Origin: Chthoniobacterales bacterium
GTDB lineage: Bacteria; Verrucomicrobiota; Verrucomicrobiia; Chthoniobacterales; JACTMZ01
Assembly (NCBI GenBank): GCA_018402585.1
Contig: JAGYIO010000002.1
Coordinates: 65,341 to 129,340, forward strand
DNA length: 64,000 bases
Direction: 5' to 3'
Of this stretch, positions 1 through 9,322 are shown piece by piece. Every line of letters begins with the position of its first letter. Within the stretch, counting starts at the first letter, position 1. The position numbers and the translations under genes are program-made. The notes below the pieces were generated by a model. It had not been told where the DNA came from, ran no database searches, and worked only from the letters and a program-made list of their open reading frames with translations.

Positions 1-125
1 GGCAGATCGGTCTGCCGGGCTTGCACGGTGTAGATGTCTTTGCCTTCCACCGCGGCATGGGCAAGGAAGACCTCGTCCGGATGGCCGGCGAGACGGCGCA
101 GGACAAAGTTGAGGAATTCCTCCAT
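1..125 (-). CDS. KH-domain RNA-binding protein (YlqC/UPF0109-like), 3' part cut by window edge
   Basis: Not in the ORF track because it is partial. Reverse translation from the ATG at 125..123 gives MEEFLNFVLRRLAGHPDEVFLAHAAVEGKDIYTVQARQTDL. This is the typical N-terminus of the small KH protein that follows rpsP in the conserved ffh-rpsP neighbourhood. Confidence 0.6.
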   Translation of the reverse strand, partial: MEEFLNFVLRRLAGHPDEVFLAHAAVEGKDIYTVQARQTDL

Positions 126-136
126 GAGCAGGGAGG

Positions 137-394
137 TCAGGCGGCCGGCACCGCGGCCGCGCGGGCTTTTTTCACGATGCTGCGCACCGTGTCCGACATC
201 TGCGCGCCATTTTTTACCCAATGGTCAATGCGGTCGACGTTGACCTTGTAGTTCATGCCGGGTTTTTTCGGATCGTAGTTGCCGAGGATTTCGAGGAATT
301 TGCCGTCGCGGGGGCTGCGCTTGTCGGCCACTACCACTTTGTAGTAGGGGCTGTTGCGGGTGCCTTCGCGGCGGAGTCTGATTGCCGTTGCCAT
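137..394 (-). CDS. rpsP: 30S ribosomal protein S16
   Basis: 85 aa, MATAIRLRREGTRNSPYYKVVVADKRSPRDGKFLEILGNYDP is a canonical S16 sequence. It lies directly downstream of ffh. Confidence 0.95.
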   Translation of the reverse strand: MATAIRLRREGTRNSPYYKVVVADKRSPRDGKFLEILGNYDPKKPGMNYKVNVDRIDHWVKNGAQMSDTVRSIVKKARAAAVPAA

Positions 395-404
395 AGATTA
401 TTCG

Positions 405-1736
405 TTAGTTCCGGCCAAGCATGCCCATCCCGCCTGCCCTGGCCATCATTTTTTTCAGTTTGCCGGGCTTTTTCATCAGTTTTCTCATGTCCGAGAACCG
501 GAGCAGAAGGCTGTTCACCTCGGTGACCGTCGTCCCGCTGCCCCGCGCAATGCGTTGGCGGCGCCGGGCATTGAGAACCTCGGGCCGCGACCGTTCGCCG
601 GGCGTCATGGAGAGGACGATGGCCTCCACCCGACGCATTTGTTTCTCGTCGCTGCCCGAATTTTTAACCTTACCCATCCCGGGGATGAGTCCAAGGAGAT
701 TTTCGAGCGGACCCATCTTGCGGAGCATTTTGAACTGTTCGAGGAAGTCATTGAGGTCGAAATGGCCGCCGCGCATCCGCGCTTCCAGACGGGCCGCATC
801 TTCCACCTCGAAATTCTCCGCTGCTTTTTCGACCAGGCTGACCACGTCACCCATGCCAAGGATCCGGCCGGCCATGCGGTCCGGATGAAACACCTCGAAG
901 GCATCCATCTTTTCCCCCGTACCGGCGAATTTGACCGGCTGTCCGGTCACTTCGCGCAAGGACAAAGCCGCCCCGCCTCGCGCGTCGCCGTCGAGTTTGG
1001 TCAAGATAAGGCCGGTCACCCCGACCCCGCCGTGGAATCTTTCGGCCACCCCGACCGCCTGCTGTCCGGTCGCGGCATCGCAGACCAGGAGACTTTCGTG
1101 CGGTTGGACCAGGTCTTTCACCTTGCGCAGCTCGCCGATTAATTCTTCATCGAGATCCTGGCGGCCGGCGGTGTCATAAATTTCCACATTGTGCCCCTGC
1201 GCCTTGGCCCACTCCATGCCGTCGTGTACCACGCGCAGGACATTCTTTTCGCCGGGTGCCGGACGATACACCGGCACGTCGATTTGCCCGGCCAGGGTGG
1301 CCAGCTGGTCGATGGCGGCCGGACGCTGCAAGTCGCAGGCGATGAGCACGGGCGTGCGGCCGTTTTTCTTGAGCCAGGCCGCGAGCTTGGCGCAGGTGGT
1401 GGTTTTGCCCGCGCCGTTCAGACCGACCACGAGGATCCGCGCCTGCGGGCCGAGCTGGAGCGGCACGGCATCGCCCCCGAGCAGCGCGGCCAATTCGTCC
1501 TGAAAAATTTTAACGATTTGCTGGCCGGGCGTGACGCTGCGCAGCACTTCCTCGCCAAGGGCCTTTTCTTTGACCCGCGCGATGAAGTCCTTGGCCACCT
1601 TGAAATGCACATCGGCTTCGAGCAGGGCGAGCCGCACTTCGCGGAGGGCATCATTGACGTTCGCCTCGCTGATGCGGCCATGCCCGCGGAGGTCTTTGAA
1701 GACATCCTGCAATTTGTCGGAGAGGCGGGAAAACAT
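405..1736 (-). CDS. ffh: signal recognition particle protein Ffh
   Basis: Start chosen at MFSRLSDKLQDVFKDLRG (residue 53 of track ORF 405..1892). The sequence has the SRP54 N domain, the G domain (GLNGAGKTTT, DTAGR, TKLDGD) and a Met-rich M domain. The 52-codon upstream extension is R/P-rich and looks non-coding. Confidence 0.95.
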   Translation of the reverse strand: MFSRLSDKLQDVFKDLRGHGRISEANVNDALREVRLALLEADVHFKVAKDFIARVKEKALGEEVLRSVTPGQQIVKIFQDELAALLGGDAVPLQLGPQARILVVGLNGAGKTTTCAKLAAWLKKNGRTPVLIACDLQRPAAIDQLATLAGQIDVPVYRPAPGEKNVLRVVHDGMEWAKAQGHNVEIYDTAGRQDLDEELIGELRKVKDLVQPHESLLVCDAATGQQAVGVAERFHGGVGVTGLILTKLDGDARGGAALSLREVTGQPVKFAGTGEKMDAFEVFHPDRMAGRILGMGDVVSLVEKAAENFEVEDAARLEARMRGGHFDLNDFLEQFKMLRKMGPLENLLGLIPGMGKVKNSGSDEKQMRRVEAIVLSMTPGERSRPEVLNARRRQRIARGSGTTVTEVNSLLLRFSDMRKLMKKPGKLKKMMARAGGMGMLGRN

Positions 1737-1809
1737 GGGAAGGAAGACCCTAGCAGAACGCGCCGCGCGATGCCACCTGTAGCGACAGGGCTCCTGCCGA
1801 TAGAGTAGA

Positions 1810-1827
1810 AGCGGCGTCCACGCCGCT
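1810..1827. terminator. hairpin AGCGGCG-TCCA-CGCCGCT abutting the purB stop codon (terminator-like, member of the GGA/TCC-loop hairpin family)
   Basis: Perfect 7-bp stem seen directly in the sequence. A T-run follows on the + strand only, so its function as a purB terminator is uncertain. Confidence 0.3.
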
Positions 1828-1828
1828 T

Positions 1829-3124
1829 TTACTTTATCCCTAGATCCCGGAAGACCTTGTCCACCTGCCGGAAATGCCGATCGAGGCCGCACGCGTCGAG
1901 CAACTCGGCCTGGTCCAGCACGGCGCTGATTTCCGGGTCGGCCGAGAGATTGGCCAAGAATTCACCCTGCCCCGCCCAGGTTTTGAGCGCGGCACGTTGC
2001 ACGGCTTCGTAGGCTTTCTGGCGCTCGAAGCCTTTCATGGTCAGTTTGAGCAAAACGGACTGGCTGGCGAAGAGGCCGCGTGATTTTTCCATATTGGCCC
2101 GCATGTTTTCCGGATAAACCTGCAAGCCGCGCACCAGCTTGGTGGTCAGCGCGAGCATGTAGTCGAGCAGGGTGCAGCCGTCGGGAAGAATGATGCGCTC
2201 GGCGCTGCTGTGGCTGATGTCGCGCTCGTGCCAGAGGGCGACATTTTCCAGCGCGGTGACTGCGTAGCCGCGGAGGACGCGCGCCAGCCCGCTCAGGCGT
2301 TCACCGGTGATCGGATTACGTTTGTGCGGCATGGCCGAACTGCCTTTCTGCCCCGGGGCGAAAAATTCCTCCACTTCGAGGACTTCGGTGCGTTGCAGGT
2401 GCCGGAATTCGGTGGCCCAGCGGTCGATTGAACTGGCGGCCAAGGCGAGCACGGTCATGAACTCGGCGTGGCGGTCGCGCTGCACGATCTGGGTGGAAAG
2501 GGTGGCGGGTCTGAGTCCGAGCCGGGCGCAAACCTCTTCCTCGACGCGCGGATCGAGGTGGGCGCGCGTGCCGACCGCGCCGCTCAATTTCCCGACGGCA
2601 ACCCGCTTGCGCATTTCGACCAAACGCTCACGCACGCGGCCGAATTCGTCATACATGAGGGCCAGCTTGAGCCCGAAGGTGATCGGCTCGGCGTGGATGC
2701 CATGACTGCGTCCCATCATGGGGGTCAATTTGTGGGCGCGGGCCTGCTCGGCGGCGGCGGCGCGGACTTCATCGACGCCTTGGACCAAAAGATCGGTCGC
2801 CGCGGCCATTTGCACGGCGAGCGTGGTGTCAAGGACATCCGAGGAGGTCAGGCCCTGGTGCATCCACCGCGCGGCCGGTCCGACCGAATCGGCCACATTC
2901 TCAAGAAAGGCGATGACGTCATGGTTGGTCCGCTTTTCGATTTCGAGGATTTTGGGGAGGGAAAACCTCGCTTTCTCGCGGATGACCCTGGCGTCTGCCT
3001 CGGGGATTTGCCCGAGACGCGCCATGGCCTCGCAGGCGAGGGTTTCGATCTCGAGCCAGATTTCGTATTTGCGCTGGTCGGACCAGAGGGCTCGCATCTC
3101 GGGTCGGGAATATCGGTCAATCAC
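1829..3124 (-). CDS. purB: adenylosuccinate lyase
   Basis: 431 aa. MIDRYSRPEMRALWSDQRKYEIWLEIE at the N-terminus and the fumarate-lyase signature GSSAMPHKRNP. Confidence 0.95.
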   Translation of the reverse strand: MIDRYSRPEMRALWSDQRKYEIWLEIETLACEAMARLGQIPEADARVIREKARFSLPKILEIEKRTNHDVIAFLENVADSVGPAARWMHQGLTSSDVLDTTLAVQMAAATDLLVQGVDEVRAAAAEQARAHKLTPMMGRSHGIHAEPITFGLKLALMYDEFGRVRERLVEMRKRVAVGKLSGAVGTRAHLDPRVEEEVCARLGLRPATLSTQIVQRDRHAEFMTVLALAASSIDRWATEFRHLQRTEVLEVEEFFAPGQKGSSAMPHKRNPITGERLSGLARVLRGYAVTALENVALWHERDISHSSAERIILPDGCTLLDYMLALTTKLVRGLQVYPENMRANMEKSRGLFASQSVLLKLTMKGFERQKAYEAVQRAALKTWAGQGEFLANLSADPEISAVLDQAELLDACGLDRHFRQVDKVFRDLGIK

Positions 3125-3226
3125 CCGCCCAATCTAACCGAGGACAAAGCACGGACAAACCAGGAAAACAAGAAGGGCCGGCGGCCTCTCGGCCCCGACC
3201 CCGCTTGCCATGAAAAAATGTTGGTT

Positions 3227-3436
3227 TTACGCGCTGACCCGGACCCTTTTCAGGTGCCCGTGCTCCCGCAGTTGGACGCGACCGGTCTGGAAAAGGTCGA
3301 TGAGGGCGGCCACGGCCTCGCGGCTGTCTTCGGTGGCGGCGCCGACGGCAGCCACCAGTTCGCCGAGGGAATGGCGTGTGCGGTTGAATTTGCGATAGGG
3401 GTTGAAGGATTTGACTTTCATACCAGCTTCGACCAC
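3227..3436 (-). CDS. small hypothetical protein
   Basis: 69-aa ORF (alternative start at MKVKSF) with no recognisable family. It is the only plausible ORF in this gap. Confidence 0.3.
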   Translation of the reverse strand: MVEAGMKVKSFNPYRKFNRTRHSLGELVAAVGAATEDSREAVAALIDLFQTGRVQLREHGHLKRVRVSA

Positions 3437-3472
3437 GGCCCGGCCCGGACGTTCAAATATTCAAACGGACGT

Positions 3473-4024
3473 TTATTGTTTTTCGGGCCCGACAGAGAGG
3501 GGCCGTGCCGGGGTGATCAAGCCGCCCGAGACGAGCATCTTGGTTGCTTCCTCCATGGTCAGGTCGCTCTCCGCGCCGTGGGCACAAAGACGGTGGTCAT
3601 TTCGCGATGGCTCCCCGCCTCGGTGAAATGCCCCGTGGCGTAGCCGAAAAGATAACTACCCGGCATGAAATATTCCACGACCACCGCACGCTTCGGCTGC
3701 AAGCCGCTGCGCATGCCTTGGATGGTCTGGAGCACTTGCTTGGCGCCTGAAGCCCAGACCGATGAAGGCGAGGATGGTGATGACAAATCCGGCGCCGGGA
3801 AAATCCACCCCGAGGGCTTGGAGCCAGGGATCACTTAAACCCTTGACCACGCCGTAGCCAAAAGAGAGCACCCAGTAAGTGACAACCAGCGGGATGGCGA
3901 AGACGATGCCGGTGAGCAGGCGGTTACCGAGGGACCTGAACAAGCACGCCGCGCCTCCGCGGCCCGGAACCGCCCTTTCGCTTTCTGGTGACTTGCTCAC
4001 GGCAGGAGCAATACCACAAGGCAC
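3473..4024 (-). pseudogene. DUF502 family membrane protein, disrupted (frame changes twice, conserved core segments missing)
   Basis: The N-terminal TM part (LLTGIVFAIPLVVTYWVL..GFVITILAFIGLG) is in the frame of ORF 3656..4024. The middle part (GAKQVLQTI..KRAVVVEYFMPGSYLFGYATGH..TTVFVPTA) is in the frame of ORF 3559..3834. The C-terminal part (AESDLTMEEATKMLVSGGLITP..stop at 3473) is back in the first frame. Confidence 0.55.
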
Positions 4025-4049
4025 CCGGCCGAAGCAAAGCCGCGGCAGG

Positions 4050-4700
4050 TCATCCGACCAGGCCGGCGGCCGACTTGATCCACTCCTTGATCATTTCGAT
4101 ACCCTCGAGGCCAAACTTGATGAAGATGTAGATGACCACCGCATAGAGCACAGTGGAGACCACCCCGAGCAAGCCCGCAAAAATGCTGAAGAGCCCGTCT
4201 TCTTCGGTCAGGCCGATTCCAGTCAGAAAAACAACGAAAGCGGGAAAGGTGTTGGTCAGCGGAATAGGCAGGATCATGAGACAGGCCATGCTCAGCACCA
4301 AAACCCCGAGGAAGGCGCGCCCGGCCCGCGAGACGACCCAGGGCAGGCGCGGCCGGATGAGAAATTCCACCTGGCGGAAAAACTTGGAGAAAAAAACCAA
4401 CATCACATCGATAAACTTTCCGCTCAGTTTTATGCGGGCCGCACGCTCCGGCAGCCACGGTGTGGTCCGCCCCGCAAGCATTTGCAGGGCTAAAATCGCC
4501 ATGAGGAGACCGAAGGGTGTGCTGTAGCCCGCGGCGGGCAGGGGGAGGGCGCTGGGCAGGGCGAGGACAACGAGCAACAAACCGAACCCCCGATCGCCGA
4601 TCCGGCGGAAGACTTCACCGAGAGTGAGACCAACTTGGGAATGTTCGCGGGCGAGCAGACCGGAGAGCGCGGTGGAAAGGTTTTCCCGGGGGTGATCCAT
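4050..4700 (-). CDS. exoD: exopolysaccharide biosynthesis protein ExoD family
   Basis: 216 aa. LTLGEVFRRIGDRGFGLLLVVLALPSALPLPAAGYSTPFGLLMAILALQMLAGRTTPWLPE matches the ExoD family pattern, and the C-terminal half is multi-TM. Confidence 0.8.
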   Translation of the reverse strand: MDHPRENLSTALSGLLAREHSQVGLTLGEVFRRIGDRGFGLLLVVLALPSALPLPAAGYSTPFGLLMAILALQMLAGRTTPWLPERAARIKLSGKFIDVMLVFFSKFFRQVEFLIRPRLPWVVSRAGRAFLGVLVLSMACLMILPIPLTNTFPAFVVFLTGIGLTEEDGLFSIFAGLLGVVSTVLYAVVIYIFIKFGLEGIEMIKEWIKSAAGLVG

Positions 4701-4789
4701 GACTCAGGACGGATTGCCTAACAGGTCGCGCGGCCCCGCGCAAACGCCTTCCTTGTCGCCCGGGGCTCCGACCTGCTATTCACTTCCCC

Positions 4790-7216
4790 TTGGCGCGCGG
4801 TAAAACCACAGAAGAAGGCAGCAGCAAAGCGTGGAGTGAGGTGCTCGGGCTCATCCTGCTCGGGGCCGGCACTCTTCTCTTCCTCGCCCTGGTTTCCTAT
4901 GCGCCGGCCGATGTCCCGTCTTGGCTCTTCTTCAGCAAACAGGGAGCGCCCGAGGCGGTGACGGAAAACTTCATCGGTCCGGTCGGCGCAGTGGTCGCCG
5001 GTTTCACTTACTTCCTGCTTGGTGCGGCCGCCTATTTGCTCGCCGTCGTCCTCATCGGCTTCGGCGGGGCTAAATTCCTCGCGGCCGAGCTCGTCTTGAA
5101 AAAACGGATCGCTTGGATGGGCGCCTTTGTTCTTTCCGGCGCATGTCTGGCCGGCATCCAACCCTGGATGCTTCAATCCTGGCAGGAGCACTTCAACATC
5201 CTCGGCCCGGGGGGCTGGATCGGGCTCGCCTTGGGCAAAACCGTATTTGCCGGGCTCTTCGGGGTGGTCGGCGCCACCATCCTCCTGACCCTCTTCTATC
5301 TGGTCAGCCTTATCCTGATGACCGGCATGCACCCGATCAAATTCTGCCAAGCGGTCATGGTCGCGGTGCCGGCCTGGTTTCGCCTCCGCCGCGAGGCGAA
5401 ACGGGAAAAAAAGCGCCTTGCCCAGGAAGCGGCGGTCGAAGACGCCCTGGCATCCATCCCGCGCTCGAAACAGGCCACGCCGGCCCGACCGCGCCGCAGG
5501 TCGGAGAGCGAGGAGGAGGAAGAAACCGGGCAAAAAGAGGAATCGAGACCATCGGTTCCCTTCCCGGAACCGAAAATTATCGACACCGGGGCGGCCCCGG
5601 CGAAAAAGCCACCCGCCCCCGCGCCTCCGAAAAAGAAAGAAACCGGCCCGCTCGGTGCGGTGCCCGAAATTCATATCGAGAATTACCAAATGCCGCCGCT
5701 CGACCTGCTCGACTCGCCCGACATGAGCGACCGCCAGACCGCCGACCCGGCCGAGCTTCTCGCCATGCAGGGCAGCATCCTCGACACCTTGAAGCAGTTC
5801 GGACTGGAGGCCAGCGCCGGCGACATCACCCGCGGCCCGACCGTGACCCGCTTCGAGATTTACCCGGCGCGCGGCGTGCGCGTCGACCGCATCGCCAATC
5901 TGGAAAAAGATATCGCCCGCGCCACCCGGGCCGAAAAGATCAACATCCTTGCGCCGATTCCCGGTAAGGACACGGTCGGCATCGAAATCGCCAACAGCAA
6001 AAAAATCAAAGTTGTTTTCCGCGAACTTCTGGAGAGCGACGAATGGGTGAACAGCAAGGCCAAGATCCCCCTTGCGCTGGGCAAGGACGTTTACGGCCGC
6101 ACTATCATCGCCGACCTCGCCCAGATGCCCCACCTCCTCATCGCCGGCACCACGGGGAGCGGCAAAAGCGTTTGCGTCAACGCGATCATCGCGAGCATGC
6201 TCTACAAATTTTCGCCGGAAGAACTGCGCTTTATCATGATCGACCCGAAGGTGGTCGAGATGCAGCACTACGGAAAATTACCCCACCTGGCGGCCAACGT
6301 GGTGACCGAACCGAAAAAGGTCCTCCTCGCCTTGCGCTACGTAATCGACGAAATGGAGCGCCGCTACCGCATCTTCGCCAAGTGCGGCCTGCGCAACATT
6401 CACGGCTTCAACGCGCGTCCGCGGGAAACAAAGCCGGCCGAAGAAGCGCCGCCCGAATCCGGGCCGGAAGACAATGAAGCAGGAGACGAGGGTATCGAGG
6501 ACGCGGTGCTCGAAATCCTGCCGCCGAAAAAGGGCGAGGAACTGGTCATTCCCGACCGGCTCCCTTTCATTGTCGTCATCATCGACGAATTGGCCGACCT
6601 CATGCAGACCGCACCGGCCGACGTCGAAAGCGCCATCGCCCGCATCACGCAAATGGCGCGGGCCGCGGGCATCCACATGATCGTCGCCACCCAGACCCCA
6701 CGGGCCGACGTGGTCACGGGTGTGATCAAGGCGAACATCCCGAGTCGTATCGCCTTCCAAGTCGCCTCGAAATTGGACAGTCGCGTCATTCTCGACGCCA
6801 ACGGTGCCGACAAACTGCTTGGCCAAGGTGACATGCTTTATCTCCCGCCCGGCACATCCACCCTGGTTCGCGCGCAGGGTGTGCTTGTGACCGACGAAGA
6901 AATCCATCGCGTGGTCGATTATGTCGGTGCCCAGGCCGAACCAACCTTTGATCCCGGTTTCCACGAAGCCATGACCTCCCCGGCCCAGGGCGACGATGAC
7001 GTCACGGAGGAAGACGAAGAACTCGTGACCCGTTGCCTCGGCATTATCAAACAGGAGGGTAAAGCCTCCACTTCCATGCTCCAGCGCCGCCTCCGTCTCG
7101 GCTACGCCCGGGCCGCCCGGGTGGTCGATATTCTCGAGCAGCGGGGCATTGTCGGTCCGAAGGACGGAGCCAAGGACCGCGAGATACTCGTGGACGTGGA
7201 CAGTTTGCCCGGTTGA
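4790..7216 (+). CDS. ftsK: DNA translocase FtsK/SpoIIIE
   Basis: 808 aa with a TTG start. It has N-terminal TM helices, a P/E/K-rich linker, a motor domain (PHLLIAGTTGSGKSV, IVVIIDELADLM) and a C-terminal gamma winged helix (STSMLQRRLRLGYARAARVVDILE). Confidence 0.93.
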   Translation: MARGKTTEEGSSKAWSEVLGLILLGAGTLLFLALVSYAPADVPSWLFFSKQGAPEAVTENFIGPVGAVVAGFTYFLLGAAAYLLAVVLIGFGGAKFLAAELVLKKRIAWMGAFVLSGACLAGIQPWMLQSWQEHFNILGPGGWIGLALGKTVFAGLFGVVGATILLTLFYLVSLILMTGMHPIKFCQAVMVAVPAWFRLRREAKREKKRLAQEAAVEDALASIPRSKQATPARPRRRSESEEEEETGQKEESRPSVPFPEPKIIDTGAAPAKKPPAPAPPKKKETGPLGAVPEIHIENYQMPPLDLLDSPDMSDRQTADPAELLAMQGSILDTLKQFGLEASAGDITRGPTVTRFEIYPARGVRVDRIANLEKDIARATRAEKINILAPIPGKDTVGIEIANSKKIKVVFRELLESDEWVNSKAKIPLALGKDVYGRTIIADLAQMPHLLIAGTTGSGKSVCVNAIIASMLYKFSPEELRFIMIDPKVVEMQHYGKLPHLAANVVTEPKKVLLALRYVIDEMERRYRIFAKCGLRNIHGFNARPRETKPAEEAPPESGPEDNEAGDEGIEDAVLEILPPKKGEELVIPDRLPFIVVIIDELADLMQTAPADVESAIARITQMARAAGIHMIVATQTPRADVVTGVIKANIPSRIAFQVASKLDSRVILDANGADKLLGQGDMLYLPPGTSTLVRAQGVLVTDEEIHRVVDYVGAQAEPTFDPGFHEAMTSPAQGDDDVTEEDEELVTRCLGIIKQEGKASTSMLQRRLRLGYARAARVVDILEQRGIVGPKDGAKDREILVDVDSLPG

Positions 7217-7234
7217 TGCATAGTGTGAAGAGCG

Positions 7235-7789
7235 ATGAATCCGCACCCCGGCCAAGAGCTCAAAAAGACCCGCGAGGCCAAAGGCATCAGCCTGGAGCAA
7301 GCGGCGAAAGACACCTGCTTGCGCGCCGACATTTTGCGCCAGCTCGAAGAAAACGATTCGGTCGACAACATGCCGGAGGTCTACCACAAACTTTCCCTCC
7401 GCATGTATGCCCGCTACCTTGAGGTGCCGGTGAGCAAAAGCCGCGCTCTGCGCCAACCGGGTGACGTCGAGTTGTCGCCGATCGACGGCTGTGTCGAATT
7501 GGCCTATAGCGACACCATGCGCAGTGCGCCCGAAACGAAAAAACGGGGCGGGGTCGGGCCTGGCACGGTACTCGCCGTCACGGCGCTGATCATCCTCACG
7601 ACCGGCCTCTGGTCGCTCAACGCCAAGCTTTCTCGCCTCAACTTTGAAGACCGGCCCGATGGACGGGCAACCCCGGTACTGGACAAAACCGCCGCGCAAA
7701 AGAGCCCGGCCGGCCGCATCACTTTGGATGACACCCTCTTGCTCACCCTTACCCCGGCCCCGACGGTAGCCGGGTCCGTCGCGCCCTGA
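7235..7789 (+). CDS. helix-turn-helix domain protein (RodZ-like)
   Basis: 184 aa. The N-terminal HTH (GQELKKTREAKGISLEQAAKDTCLRADILRQLEEND) is followed by one TM segment, which is the RodZ/HTH_25 architecture. Confidence 0.7.
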   Translation: MNPHPGQELKKTREAKGISLEQAAKDTCLRADILRQLEENDSVDNMPEVYHKLSLRMYARYLEVPVSKSRALRQPGDVELSPIDGCVELAYSDTMRSAPETKKRGGVGPGTVLAVTALIILTTGLWSLNAKLSRLNFEDRPDGRATPVLDKTAAQKSPAGRITLDDTLLLTLTPAPTVAGSVAP

Positions 7790-7822
7790 TCAACCGCCTC
7801 GCGGCGACTCATCCTTCTTCGC

Positions 7823-9229
7823 ATGGCCAGAGCAAACGCGCGTCCCAAAATCGGTATGGTCAGCCTCGGCTGCGCCAAAAATCTGGTTGACGCCGAAATC
7901 ATGCTCGGTGGTGCCGCCCAAGATAATTTCGACCTGACCCGCGAACCGGAGGAAGCCGATGTGTTGGTGATCAATACCTGCGGCTTCATCGACCAAGCCA
8001 AAGATGAATCGATCGACACCATCCTTGAGATGCACCAAAGGCGGCTCACCGCGCGCCCGGCCCAGAAAATCATCGTCAGCGGCTGCCTCGCCCAGCGCTA
8101 CCACGAGGAACTGAAACGCGAAATCCCCGAAGTCGACGCCTTTATCGGGCTCGACCAGATCGCCGATTTTCCCCGCATCGTCCGCGAAGTCCTGGCCCGC
8201 CCGGCGAGCGGAATTTCCAGCCCTCTCGATTTGGTCACGCGCAAATCGCGCTACATCCCCGATTACGACACCCCGCGTTTCCAGCTTACCCCCCGGCACA
8301 CGGCCTACCTGAAAATCGCCGAAGGCTGCAACCATCCGTGCAGCTTTTGCGTCATCCCGCAAATGCGCGGACGTCACCGCAGCCGGACCATCGGGTCGGT
8401 CGTGGCGGAAGCGCGCCGACTGGTCCAACAAGGAGTGAAGGAGCTCAACCTGATCAGCCAGGACACCACATACTTCGGCATGGATCTTTGGGAGCAGAAA
8501 GCGGGGCCCCGCCAGCCGGTCGATTCCTCCCGCGGACCGACCCTCTGCCGCCTCCTCGAGGAGCTGGATCAAATCGAAGGCGATTTCTGGATCCGCCTCC
8601 TCTACACGCATCCCGCGCACTGGAGCGACGAGCTGATCGCCACGATAGGCCGGAGCGGCAAGGTCACCCGCTACGTCGACATGCCGCTGCAGCATATCCA
8701 CCAAGACATGCTCCAACTCATGCGGCGGGAAACCTCGCGAGAACACATCGAGGATCTCATTGCCAAGATGCGTGAGGGCATCCCCGGCCTCGCCCTCCGC
8801 ACCACTTTTATCACCGGCTTCCCGGGCGAAAGCGACGAGCACTTTGACTCCCTGCTCGAATTCATCGAGCGCGTGCGCTTCGAACGTCTTGGCGTTTTCC
8901 AATATTCCCAGGAAGAAGGTTCGCGCGCGGCCAAGATGGACGGGCAAATCCCCGCGTCCGTGAAAAACAAACGTCACGCCCGCGCCATGAAGCTCCAGCA
9001 AAAGATCGCCCGCGAATGGGCCGAAGCGCAGCAAGGCCGCACGATCAAAGTGCTGGTCGAGCAACCGCAAGTCGCCCGCAGCGAACACGACGCCCCGGAC
9101 GTCGACTGCCGCGTCTTACTTGAGTCGCCTCTCCCTTCCGGTCAGTTTGCCACCGTCACCGTGACCGGCACCCAGGTCTACGACTTGGTGGCAAAGCCCC
9201 TCCGCTTCCTCCGCTTGTCGCGGCGGTGA
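7823..9229 (+). CDS. rimO: ribosomal protein S12 methylthiotransferase RimO
   Basis: 468 aa. It has the MTTase N domain (IGMVSLGCAKNLVDAE), a radical-SAM CxxxCxxC motif (CNHPCSFCVIP) and a TRAM C-terminus. Confidence 0.93.
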   Translation: MARANARPKIGMVSLGCAKNLVDAEIMLGGAAQDNFDLTREPEEADVLVINTCGFIDQAKDESIDTILEMHQRRLTARPAQKIIVSGCLAQRYHEELKREIPEVDAFIGLDQIADFPRIVREVLARPASGISSPLDLVTRKSRYIPDYDTPRFQLTPRHTAYLKIAEGCNHPCSFCVIPQMRGRHRSRTIGSVVAEARRLVQQGVKELNLISQDTTYFGMDLWEQKAGPRQPVDSSRGPTLCRLLEELDQIEGDFWIRLLYTHPAHWSDELIATIGRSGKVTRYVDMPLQHIHQDMLQLMRRETSREHIEDLIAKMREGIPGLALRTTFITGFPGESDEHFDSLLEFIERVRFERLGVFQYSQEEGSRAAKMDGQIPASVKNKRHARAMKLQQKIAREWAEAQQGRTIKVLVEQPQVARSEHDAPDVDCRVLLESPLPSGQFATVTVTGTQVYDLVAKPLRFLRLSRR

Positions 9230-9246
9230 CAAGGAGCAATTGGCAG

Positions 9247-9267
9247 GGTCCGCTGGCCCAGCGGACC
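9247..9267. repeat. REP-like hairpin GGTCCGCT-GGCCC-AGCGGACC in the convergent gap after rimO
   Basis: Perfect 8-bp stem. It is followed at 9283..9306 by the word CCTTCCTTCGTTACCTTCGTTGCC, whose reverse complement recurs at 25335..25357. Confidence 0.5.
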
Positions 9268-9322
9268 GTACTCCTTACTCCCCCTTCCTTCGTTACCTTC
9301 GTTGCCTTTTGCAAAAATCCCC

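Noticed and set aside
405-1892. N-terminal extensions of track ORFs. Affected ORFs include ffh, hpf, 13889..14896, DUF1015, cdd, gabT, epsI, the exosortase gene, GT9, the GT26-GT4 fusion, yqeY, cyoC, cyoD and the hydrolase.
   Set aside because: Family-typical N-termini begin at internal Met, GTG or TTG codons. Many of those give classic 4-nt start/stop overlaps with the upstream gene. The extensions overlap neighbouring genes or repeats.
4718-6268. Long antisense ORFs opposite well-supported genes. Examples are 4718..6268 and 6278..7699 (opposite ftsK), 7790..9088 (rimO), 23056..24258 (lpdA) and 26106..27329 (pdhC). Others are 27412..28389 (pdhB), 31849..33381 (mnmG/gabT), 46117..47775 (GT fusion) and 50570..52969 (cyoB).
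   Set aside because: Their translations are R/G/P/H/D-rich low-complexity strings with no family motifs. The opposite strand carries unmistakable conserved proteins. These are typical shadow frames of high-GC DNA.
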